A stretch of DNA of 64,000 bases from Verrucomicrobiia bacterium (GCA_022072455.1 JAJVHY010000014.1:57693-121692), one strand, 5' to 3'; shown: positions 45,110 through 53,039, counted from the stretch's first letter. Translations and numbers: made by a program. The notes: a model not told the origin generated them from the letters alone.

Positions 45110-46646
45110 AGTGGCGGTGGGCTTGTTGGAGTTTGGCGCGGCAGATTGGCCGGCAGGCGCGCAGGCGTTGTTCGTGCAAAGCGAAGAGATGGCGGAGCCA
45201 TTCCTCGAAGGCGGCGCCGGCATAGCGCTTTCCGAAATGGGCGCGGACGCGGCGGCGCATGGCGGCGATGTCGCGGAGGGTCTGCCGCTGTTCCTTGAGG
45301 CGGCGCTGCCATTCGGTGGCGCAGGGCCGGTAATTCGCGGTGAAATAGTCGACTTCGAGCAGATTGAACTCCGCCCGGCGTTGCAACGCGAGCACGCGGG
45401 CCATCAACGCGATTCCGTCCCACTCGTACCGGTGGGCGCGGAGCTGGGGGGCGAGCTGGTCCATTTCGTCGGCGACTTGGAGTTCAAGCCGCCAATCGTC
45501 CCGGCAACGGCCGAGGGTGCGGATGAGGTGGTCAATCTTCTTGGCCGGCACGCCGGGCCAAAATGTTTCCGCCTTCCCGATCAGCGGCCACTGCAGATCA
45601 ATGCAGTAGTTGGGCGGACACCAACTGTTGCCACGCGCCCAAGAGGTCGTGATGTGGCCGAGTTGCCGGCTGCGGCGGACGGCGGCGTTGACGCCGGCCA
45701 GGTTGGCGCGGCGCGCATTGTACCGGGGGAGGACGGCGAGTTCCTCGCTGAGACGCACGGCGCTGATGGCGACAGCGTCGATACCGACCTTGCGCCAGTA
45801 ATCGAGTTGGAACAGTGGGAGAAACATCTTGCCGCGCTGGTAGGGAGCGATGATGCGTTGAATTGCCGGCGGATAATCTTCGACGAACAATGTGCCCGGG
45901 CCGAGGGCCGGCGCAGCCGGGTCAGCGGGATCGTTCAGCCACGCGCGCCGGACGCGGTTGCCGCAGAATTTGCTGCGTGGACTGAGTTTGTCATGGGGCG
46001 CATAATCGCCAGTCGCGAGGCAGACGCGGCCACGGAATTCTGCGAGCGCGCCGGGACGGAAATGCGCTTCGATCATCGAACCCCAAATCATGGCCTTCTT
46101 GCCGGCGGCTTCGACGACCGGGAGAATGGCGCGGAGATGGTCGAGGAAGAGGTCGAGCGGGTCGCGGCCAAGTCGTTTGGCGGCGTGTGGCAACGCGTGG
46201 GCTTCGTCCATGCCGAGGTGGATGTACCGGCTGTCCGGATGCGCCGTGACGACTTGCCGGAGGAGGTGGGTGATGAGCGCCAAGCCGCGGGGATCAGCGA
46301 GGCGAATCGTGCTCGGATAAGCCCGGTCTTCGGCGAGCGGCCGGTACTGTTTCCAAGCGAGAATATATTCGAGGTGGGCGAGGCATTGTTGGAGCGGGAT
46401 GACTTCGAGGCGGTGGCGTTTGGCTTCACGCAGGAACATCTGGAGCGTGGCCGGTGACCAGACGCGAGTCCGGTCGGCGGCGATGTCGAGTCCGCGGAAG
46501 GGGAAGACATCTTCGTATTCGACAAGCAGCGTATTGATGCCCTGCCGGGCCAGGTCGGCGAGATATTGGGGGATGTACGAAGTCTTGAAGTTCATCGCCT
46601 TGAGGTCGAGATGCAGACCGTTGATGAAGGGCGATGTTGATTTCAT
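45099..46646 (-). CDS. GH20-like protein with the same C-terminal extension (copy B)
   Basis: MKSTSPFINGLHLDLKAMNF, EVIPLQQCLAHLEY and YIHLGMDEA. The ATG 46646 start aligns with copy A. The track extension to 47015 is low-complexity and runs antisense into the neighbouring gene. Confidence 0.6.
   Translation of the reverse strand: MKSTSPFINGLHLDLKAMNFKTSYIPQYLADLARQGINTLLVEYEDVFPFRGLDIAADRTRVWSPATLQMFLREAKRHRLEVIPLQQCLAHLEYILAWKQYRPLAEDRAYPSTIRLADPRGLALITHLLRQVVTAHPDSRYIHLGMDEAHALPHAAKRLGRDPLDLFLDHLRAILPVVEAAGKKAMIWGSMIEAHFRPGALAEFRGRVCLATGDYAPHDKLSPRSKFCGNRVRRAWLNDPADPAAPALGPGTLFVEDYPPAIQRIIAPYQRGKMFLPLFQLDYWRKVGIDAVAISAVRLSEELAVLPRYNARRANLAGVNAAVRRSRQLGHITTSWARGNSWCPPNYCIDLQWPLIGKAETFWPGVPAKKIDHLIRTLGRCRDDWRLELQVADEMDQLAPQLRAHRYEWDGIALMARVLALQRRAEFNLLEVDYFTANYRPCATEWQRRLKEQRQTLRDIAAMRRRVRAHFGKRYAGAAFEEWLRHLFALHEQRLRACRPICRAKLQQAHRHYDH
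45194..45560 (-). repeat. Near-identical segment shared with 43639..44005
   Basis: See the partner entry. Confidence 0.85.
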
Positions 46647-46655
46647 ACGTGTGAG
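46642..46655. promoter_or_regulatory. Palindromic motif copy i (one mismatch): TTCATACGTGTGAG
   Basis: Lies in the divergent region, 87 nt upstream of ATG 46743 (+). It overlaps the ATG (46646..46644) of GH20-like copy B on the minus strand. Confidence 0.5.
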
Positions 46656-46742
46656 TCGGATGTCATCCACTCTATTCGGTGCGGGTGGATTGTCAATTTC
46701 ATCCTTGCCCGGTCGCCATCCGCTTCGTAGTTTCGCCTGACT

Positions 46743-47867
46743 ATGAAACCGATTCGCGTTGGAATTATCGGCCAAGGTCGAAGTGGCCGGGACATTCACG
46801 GAGTATATTTGGCCACCGACCCGCGCTACAAGATCGTCGCCGTTGTGGATGCCATCGCCGGCCGGCGTCAGCGCGCCACGAAGGAATATCAGTGCGCCGC
46901 CTACCGGGATTACCACGCGTTGCTGAAACGTCAGGACATTGACTTGATTGTGAATGCGAGTTTCAGCCACCAGCACGCGCCGATCAGCTTGGAGTGTTTG
47001 CGGGCCGGGTTTCATGTCCTCTGCGAGAAACCGCTGGCGGCGCGGGCAAAGGAAGTGGATGGTTTAATCGCCGCCGCCCGCCGCGCCGGCAAGGTGTTGG
47101 CGGTGTTTCATCAATCGCATTTTGCACCGCACTTTCAGCAAATCCGCAAAGTCATCGACTCCGGTGTGCTGGGGCGCATCGTGCAGGTTTCCATCGCGTA
47201 CAACGGTTGGGCGCGCCGGTGGGATTGGCAGACGTTGACCGGCTTCAATGCCGGCAGTCTGCTGAATACCGGGCCGCATCCGCTCCATCAGGGACTCGTC
47301 CTTTTCGGGGATGCCATGCCCAAAGTCACCTGTTTCATGGATCGAACCGATGGCTCGTATGGCGACGCGGAGAATCACGTCAAAGTCATTTTCGCCGGGG
47401 CCGGGCATCCGTTGGTGGACATCGAGGTTTCGAGTTGCTGCGCGTATCCGCCGGTGACTTTCAATGTCTATGGCACGCGGGGTGGGTTGAAGGCGACCGC
47501 GGGCAGCGTGGAATGGCGGTATTTTCGCTGGGAGGCTGCGCCGCGGCACAAAGTGACTGCTGTGCCGGTGCGCAATGCGGATGGAACACCGGCGTATCCG
47601 GTTGAGTCCTTGCCGTGGCAGACCGGCGTCTGGCCTGAAACCGGGCCGGCTGCCGACGCAACGAAGACCGGCTATTCGCCTGCCGCCGCCGCGACGACGA
47701 GCATGACCGGCGTTTACTACGACCGGCTGTACGAAACATTGACGCGTGGCACGCCTATGGAAACCTCACTGGAACTGGCGCGCCGCCAGATTGCCGTCAT
47801 TGAAGAATGCCAACGGCAAAATCCGCAGATCTACGGCAAGCGCGCGAAGAAAAAATCAGGCCGTTAG
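46743..47867 (+). CDS. Gfo/Idh/MocA family oxidoreductase
   Basis: MKPIRVGIIGQGRSGRDIH, the CEKPLA motif and a C-terminal alpha/beta domain. 374 aa. Confidence 0.85.
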   Translation: MKPIRVGIIGQGRSGRDIHGVYLATDPRYKIVAVVDAIAGRRQRATKEYQCAAYRDYHALLKRQDIDLIVNASFSHQHAPISLECLRAGFHVLCEKPLAARAKEVDGLIAAARRAGKVLAVFHQSHFAPHFQQIRKVIDSGVLGRIVQVSIAYNGWARRWDWQTLTGFNAGSLLNTGPHPLHQGLVLFGDAMPKVTCFMDRTDGSYGDAENHVKVIFAGAGHPLVDIEVSSCCAYPPVTFNVYGTRGGLKATAGSVEWRYFRWEAAPRHKVTAVPVRNADGTPAYPVESLPWQTGVWPETGPAADATKTGYSPAAAATTSMTGVYYDRLYETLTRGTPMETSLELARRQIAVIEECQRQNPQIYGKRAKKKSGR

Positions 47868-48695
47868 TTCGCGGAACCACGCGAGATTGTCTTTGAGCCG
47901 CTCGAGTAACGGTTGGTCGGTGGAAAAATCCTCAAAGAAAATCCAGCCGTCGTAGCCGCTGGCTTTGAGTTCCTGAATGACCTGTGGCCAGTCCACGATG
48001 CCTTCGCGCAACGGGGCAGCTTGTTTTTTCCACTGCCGGCAACCATTGACGATTTCGCCCGGCAGGCACCGGGTGTTTTTGGCGTGGACTTCCGCGAGAT
48101 ATTCGCCGGCAATGTCCAACGCCATCTTGTAGGTCTCGCTGCCTTCGTAAACCTGATTGGCCGGATCCCACATGATGCCGACGTGACGTGGGTCGAGTCC
48201 CTCCAGAATTGCGCGCGCTTTCATGACGGAGGGCCCGAGTTGGCCCATGTGGGTTTCGATGACGACGCGGACGTTGTGCTTGGTGGCCAACTCGGCGAGC
48301 TGCGCGTAGTTGGCGCGCGCTTGTTTGAACAAATCCCAGTACTTGCCGGGCTGGCGGCCGTAGCTACCGGCGGAGATGCGGACGTTTTTCGCGCCGATGG
48401 CCGCCGTGGCGCGCATGTGCAACTCCGCTTCTGCAAACGTGCAGGTATCGATCGCGATGTACGCGCCCAGCGAAGGCATCGCGAGGCCGGTCGCCTTCAA
48501 TTCCGGCGCGCGCCGAATGATCTCCTCGGCAGTCATCGTGGTGCGGTTGCCGGACCAGAAGCTGGGCTTCGTCTTATCGCCGGTGTCGGTGGTGCAACGC
48601 CACTCAACACCGTCGTACCCGAGTTGTTTCAGGAGTGCGGCGGCTTCGAGCGGTTCGTAGTCCGGCAGGGAAACGGAGAAAATTCCAAGCTTCAT
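47856..48695 (-). CDS. Xylose-isomerase-like TIM barrel (sugar phosphate isomerase/epimerase family)
   Basis: MKLGIFSVSL..LKQLGYDGVEWR, VRVVIETHMG and HVGIMWDPANQ. ATG 48695 chosen; the track start at 48803 overlaps the upstream gene. Confidence 0.75.
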   Translation of the reverse strand: MKLGIFSVSLPDYEPLEAAALLKQLGYDGVEWRCTTDTGDKTKPSFWSGNRTTMTAEEIIRRAPELKATGLAMPSLGAYIAIDTCTFAEAELHMRATAAIGAKNVRISAGSYGRQPGKYWDLFKQARANYAQLAELATKHNVRVVIETHMGQLGPSVMKARAILEGLDPRHVGIMWDPANQVYEGSETYKMALDIAGEYLAEVHAKNTRCLPGEIVNGCRQWKKQAAPLREGIVDWPQVIQELKASGYDGWIFFEDFSTDQPLLERLKDNLAWFRELTA

Positions 48696-48712
48696 CAGAG
48701 TCCTTTCGTTGA

Positions 48713-49999
48713 TCAACGGATGCGGAGCTGGCGCAGGTTCTTCGCGAGAATGCGCTCCATTCCTTTTTTGAGTCGGCCCGGCCAACCAAAGATCGCGTGG
48801 CATTCCACTTCGTAGCCGCCTTCCGGCAACATGGCCGACGTGGGCAAATACATGGCGTCACCGTTACTGTAACCGAGCGCAAAAGTCACGCCTTTCGGGA
48901 ATTGCCGGCGCATGGCCAGGCCGTGGGCGGCGACGACTTCGCCTTCGAGCGCGACGAGGCGCAAGTCAAGGCCGAGTTGGATTCCCTGCAACAACAACGG
49001 CACCTGTGTCGGCGTCGTTCCACAGTGTTCCCGGCGTTCTTCGAGGTCGAGCCACTCCCGCAATTTTTCATCGCCGGTATTGTGCCAATATCGGCGGGCT
49101 GCCGGCAACGCGAGTTCCCGCTTCAACATCTTGGGAGTCCACAACTTGTCGAGCGGCCAGAACATCTCGCGCAAATCGGTCCGCAACTGCGGGCGCACCG
49201 GCTTGAGTTTGACGGCGCGGACTTCGGCGGCGAGTTGCCGGCCGATGGCCTGGGTTTCGGGCCAGCCGGAATCCCAGTTCCAAGCGTCGCCGTGGGCGAG
49301 TTGGGCGGGCCGGGAATCGCCGCAGGTGCCCTGCAAGAACATGCCGTGGTCGGGATCCAGTTCCTGGATCGCCGCGCCGGGGAAGTCGGCGGAAATCGTG
49401 TGACCCCGGAAGGAGACCGGGTGGGTCGAGATCGAGAAGACCAGCGCAATCGTCCGGTTGCGCCGGTCGGCGAGACGAACGACCGGCAGCGCATCGTTGA
49501 CCAGACCGGCGGGATTGGGGGCGCTTTGCATGCGCCCCTTGATCAGGCGCCGCCGACTGATGGGGATGCGGGTTGTGCCGGTGCCGGCGGTGAGGGTGGC
49601 CGGGCGGGCGTTGGCTTTGGCGGTGCGTGCGGCTTGGACGACGGCGGCTTGAACTTTTTCAAGATAGACTTCGTCGGCCGGCTTGGTCAGTCCGCGGAAG
49701 AAATTCCACGAACGCGGGCCGGCATGAGTGTGCGAGGCGTTGAGCAGAATCTGGTGGGGCAGCAGGTGTAGTTCCCGGCCCAGCACGCCTTTGAACCGGT
49801 CGGCATCGCGGCGGCCAATGAAAATCAGGTCAAACGCGAGAATCAGGACTTCCTCCGTCCGTTGGTTGAGGTAGAGTGCCCGCACGAACAATGGATCGTG
49901 AATCACGGTGCAACCACCGGCGGCATCGCGTTGGCCCCAGCCGATCATCGGGGTGCCGAGCGGCGGGGTGATATTTGACTTGGCAAATCCTGCATGCAT
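48713..49999 (-). CDS. Neutral/alkaline ceramidase N-terminal-domain-like hydrolase
   Basis: MHAGFAKSNITPPLGTPMIGWGQR and NASHTHAGP are typical openings of this family. Start at ATG 49999. Confidence 0.6.
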   Translation of the reverse strand: MHAGFAKSNITPPLGTPMIGWGQRDAAGGCTVIHDPLFVRALYLNQRTEEVLILAFDLIFIGRRDADRFKGVLGRELHLLPHQILLNASHTHAGPRSWNFFRGLTKPADEVYLEKVQAAVVQAARTAKANARPATLTAGTGTTRIPISRRRLIKGRMQSAPNPAGLVNDALPVVRLADRRNRTIALVFSISTHPVSFRGHTISADFPGAAIQELDPDHGMFLQGTCGDSRPAQLAHGDAWNWDSGWPETQAIGRQLAAEVRAVKLKPVRPQLRTDLREMFWPLDKLWTPKMLKRELALPAARRYWHNTGDEKLREWLDLEERREHCGTTPTQVPLLLQGIQLGLDLRLVALEGEVVAAHGLAMRRQFPKGVTFALGYSNGDAMYLPTSAMLPEGGYEVECHAIFGWPGRLKKGMERILAKNLRQLRIR

Positions 50000-50012
50000 T
50001 TCGTAGCTTCTT

Positions 50013-50026
50013 CTCATCCGTATGAG
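50013..50026. promoter_or_regulatory. Palindromic motif copy j: CTCATCCGTATGAG
   Basis: Perfect match in the divergent region, 35 nt upstream of ATG 50062 (+) and 13 nt upstream of ATG 49999 (-). Confidence 0.6.
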
Positions 50027-50061
50027 ATTAGTGGTTCTGTGCGCTTTGGGAAAGAAAAACT

Positions 50062-51681
50062 ATGAGCTTTTTTTTTGACGCTTTGACGATGGTCGGGCCC
50101 CGACCCAAGAAGCCCATCCAAATGCCGTGGCGGCTGGAGGATGTGTTATCCGACATGGAGTTGTGCTCGATCTCGGGTGCGTTGGTGGCCTCGACCATGT
50201 CAGTGAATTATGAACCGATGTACGCCAACCGGCAACTCTGCGACTGGCTCAAAGCGCATGATCATCTGTTCCCGGTTTGGAACGTGATGCCGGCGGGGAC
50301 GGGCGAGTTCCCGGCGCCGCGCGAGTTGGAGAAACTGCTGCGCCAGCACAACGTCCGCGCCGTGACCATCTGCCCGGTCAGCAACGGTTGGGACTGGTTT
50401 GGGTCTGCCGCGCAACCGCTGTTGCGTTGGCTTGCGCAGAAGAAAGTGCTGACCATTTTGCACCACGGCGAAGTGCAGGGTGACTGGCCGGGCCTGGACC
50501 AGTTTCTCGCCGGGAACCGGCGCTTGCCGGTGTTGTTGACGGGCGCGAGTTGGGCCAGTCAGCGGTTTGTGATTCCGCTGCTCGAAAAGTATTCCAATCT
50601 GCACATCACCTTCGACTCTTTCCAGATCAACTACGGCATTGAAGACCTCGTCGCACGCGGTCTGGAGAATCAACTGCTCTTTGGGTCGAATGCACCGGTC
50701 ATGTCCATCGGCGCGCAGCGGGCCTACATTGATTACGCGGCTGTGCCAGCCAAAGTGCGGGCGAAAATCGCCGGTGGAAACTTGATTCGTTTGCTGCACG
50801 GGCAACGCCCGCCTCGCGAACGCGAAAACAAATCCGAGGACAAAATCATGGCGGCGGCACGCCGGGGGGAACCGTTGCCGGTGCCGGTGATTGATTTCCA
50901 CATGCACATCCTCCGGGAAGGCATGCAGGGTGGGGGCGGGCGCAACCGGATGACGAACGGCGGGCCAAAGGGCACGTTCGCGATGTTGCAGCGGTTCGGC
51001 TGTGTCGGCGGCGGGTTCATGAGTTGGGACGCGATTGTCGGCTGCGATTCCGAGGGCGGCAACGCGTGCGTGAAGGAAGCGCTCGATGCCGCGCCGCGCG
51101 GCTATTGGGGGCTCGGCACGTTCAACCCGACGCATTTTTCCCAGGACGAAATGCGCCGGCAGATCCGCGAGTTGTATCAGGATCGCCGCTTCATCGGCAT
51201 GAAGCCGTATCACACCTACGGCTTGACCTACGATCATCCGCGCTACGATTGCTGGTGGGAATATGGTAACGCGCACCAACTCTACGCCGGCATCCATCGC
51301 AACCGGCTCGACTTCTCCGAAGTGAACACCCTCGCGAAGAAATATCCGCGCGTCCGCTGGGTCGTGTACCACTGCGGGATGCGCTACGACGTAGCCGACG
51401 CCGCCATCGAGTGCATGAAGCAATTTCCGAACGTCTACGCTGAGTTGACTTACACCAGCGTGACGGCCGGGGTGATCGAATATCTCGTCCAACACGCCGG
51501 CGCCGACCGCGTCGTCTACGGCAGCGACCTGCCGATGCGCGATCCCCGGCAACAACTCGGCTGGGTGGTGTACACGAAACTGCCGGTCGCGGTGAAAGCC
51601 CGCCTCCTCGCCGGTAACGCCCTGCAGATCATCAAACCCAATCTCCCATACTTGCCGCCGCACAATCGCCCCGCAATATGA
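50062..51681 (+). CDS. Tandem amidohydrolase-2 protein (degenerate N-terminal domain plus intact C-terminal domain)
   Basis: The second half opens with VIDFHMHIL (HxH) and ends with VYGSDLPMRDP..LLAGNALQII. The first half has the same family ending (IAGGNLIRLL), but its opening is FFDALTMVG with no His pair. Confidence 0.6.
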   Translation: MSFFFDALTMVGPRPKKPIQMPWRLEDVLSDMELCSISGALVASTMSVNYEPMYANRQLCDWLKAHDHLFPVWNVMPAGTGEFPAPRELEKLLRQHNVRAVTICPVSNGWDWFGSAAQPLLRWLAQKKVLTILHHGEVQGDWPGLDQFLAGNRRLPVLLTGASWASQRFVIPLLEKYSNLHITFDSFQINYGIEDLVARGLENQLLFGSNAPVMSIGAQRAYIDYAAVPAKVRAKIAGGNLIRLLHGQRPPRERENKSEDKIMAAARRGEPLPVPVIDFHMHILREGMQGGGGRNRMTNGGPKGTFAMLQRFGCVGGGFMSWDAIVGCDSEGGNACVKEALDAAPRGYWGLGTFNPTHFSQDEMRRQIRELYQDRRFIGMKPYHTYGLTYDHPRYDCWWEYGNAHQLYAGIHRNRLDFSEVNTLAKKYPRVRWVVYHCGMRYDVADAAIECMKQFPNVYAELTYTSVTAGVIEYLVQHAGADRVVYGSDLPMRDPRQQLGWVVYTKLPVAVKARLLAGNALQIIKPNLPYLPPHNRPAI

Positions 51682-53039
51682 GCCGGCAACCCAATATTGT
51701 TCTGATTGTTCCCGACCAGATGCGTGGGGATGCGTTTGGCAGCGCCGGGCAGCCGGCGGTGCTCACGCCGAATCTGGACGCGTTGGCAGCCGGCGGCGCG
51801 TGGTTTACGCGAGCGTACTCGCCGTGTCCGAGTTGCATCGCGGCGCGGCGGTGCCTGCTGTCGGGCCGCACCGCGTTTCACAACGGCCTCGTCGGATACA
51901 AGGAAGGGGTGACTTGGAAACCGCCGTTCACACTGCCGGGACTGCTGGCCGCGGCGGGATACCAGTCGGTTCACATTGGGCGCACGATGCATCAGCATCC
52001 GCATTCCAACCGGTTCGGCTACACGCAAGTGTTCGACGAACAAGCCTACTTGGAGTTCATCGCCGCCGAACTGCCGGGCGGACGCCGCCAGCTTAGCGCC
52101 CACGGCATCGGCGTCAACGGCTGGCCGGCGCGCCCGTGGCATGTCGCGGAGCGGTTTCATCAGACGAATTGGGCGGTGGATCGGACGCTGGATTTTCTGG
52201 AGGCGCGCCGGGGGAAACGCCCGCTGTTTTTGTCGGTCGGCTTCAGCGCGCCGCATCCGCCGTTGACGCCGCCGGCGTTCTATTTTGACCGGTATCTGCG
52301 GCAGGCGCTGCCGGCACCGGTCGTTGGGGAGTGGGCGGAACCGCCGGGCGCACATCGGCGGGTTGAGTCGGAGCGCGTGCATCTGACCGGCGAAGCGTTG
52401 CGGTCGTGCCAGGCGGGCTACTTTGGGTTGATCAATCATCTGGATGATCAGTTAAGCCGGTTGTTGAGCGGCTTGAGCGGGCTCTCGGGGGAGACGTATG
52501 TGTTTTTCCTGAGTGACCACGGCGAGATGCTCGGCGACCATTATCTGTTTCGGAAATGTTTCCCGTACGAGGGGGCAGCGCGGATTCCGTTCCTGCTCTG
52601 CGGTCCCGGCATTCCCGCCGGTTTCGTCAGCGACCAGCCGGTGGGACTCGAAGACGTTTTGCCGACGGCGCTCGAACTGGCGGGACTGACGATTCCCGGC
52701 GCGGTGGACGGCCGGAGTCTGCTGCCGTTGCTGCGTGGGCAGCCGGCTTGGCGTGAGTATTATCATGGCGAACACGCGAAGTGTTACGCGTCGGAGCACG
52801 GCAATCATTTTCTGACGGATGGCCGCGCGAAGTATTGCTGGTACGCGCAGAGCGGCCGGGAACAGTTGTTTGATCTGGTGAATGACCCGCACGAGACGCG
52901 CGACTTGGCCGGCGACGGAGCGCGTGTGTCGGTCTGGCGCAAGCGGTTGATTCAGGAACTCAAGAAACGGCCGGAAGGCTTTACGGACGGCAAACGGCTG
53001 CGCGCTGGTCGGCCGTATCCCGCGGTGGTGGCCGCATGA
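51678..53039 (+). CDS. Sulfatase (formylglycine-dependent type), no signal peptide
   Basis: PNIVLIVPDQMRGD, SPCPSCIAARRCLLSGR (C-x-A-x-R variant of the FGly motif) and FLSDHGEMLGDH. Confidence 0.85.
   Translation: MSRQPNIVLIVPDQMRGDAFGSAGQPAVLTPNLDALAAGGAWFTRAYSPCPSCIAARRCLLSGRTAFHNGLVGYKEGVTWKPPFTLPGLLAAAGYQSVHIGRTMHQHPHSNRFGYTQVFDEQAYLEFIAAELPGGRRQLSAHGIGVNGWPARPWHVAERFHQTNWAVDRTLDFLEARRGKRPLFLSVGFSAPHPPLTPPAFYFDRYLRQALPAPVVGEWAEPPGAHRRVESERVHLTGEALRSCQAGYFGLINHLDDQLSRLLSGLSGLSGETYVFFLSDHGEMLGDHYLFRKCFPYEGAARIPFLLCGPGIPAGFVSDQPVGLEDVLPTALELAGLTIPGAVDGRSLLPLLRGQPAWREYYHGEHAKCYASEHGNHFLTDGRAKYCWYAQSGREQLFDLVNDPHETRDLAGDGARVSVWRKRLIQELKKRPEGFTDGKRLRAGRPYPAVVAA

Noticed and set aside
44721-46457. 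578-aa plus-strand ORF, plus several 100-220-aa plus ORFs across 43.5-46.7 kb
   Set aside because: They are antisense to the tandem GH20-like genes, whose motifs and mutual alignment are clear. The plus-strand products are duplicated only because the DNA is duplicated.
48712-48725. Degenerate motif-like sequence ATCAACGGATGCGG upstream of the xylose-isomerase-like gene (minus strand)
   Set aside because: It has three mismatches at the 10 fixed positions (first base, plus TGCG instead of TGAG) and overlaps the stop codon of the preceding gene. It is too weak to call without a scoring matrix.
3354-50026. Reading the palindromic motif as a CRP/FNR-type site (TGTGA-N6-TCACA) or as the symmetric lac operator (TGTGAGC|GCTCACA)
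   Set aside because: The arms are in the opposite arrangement (CTCACAC|GTGTGAG), so half-site polarity differs from both. Only the central CpG is shared with LacI-family operators in general. I therefore keep the binder open.
50200-51663. 487-aa minus-strand ORF
   Set aside because: It is antisense to the tandem amidohydrolase gene, which carries HxH and family C-terminal motifs and heads an ATGA-chained operon.
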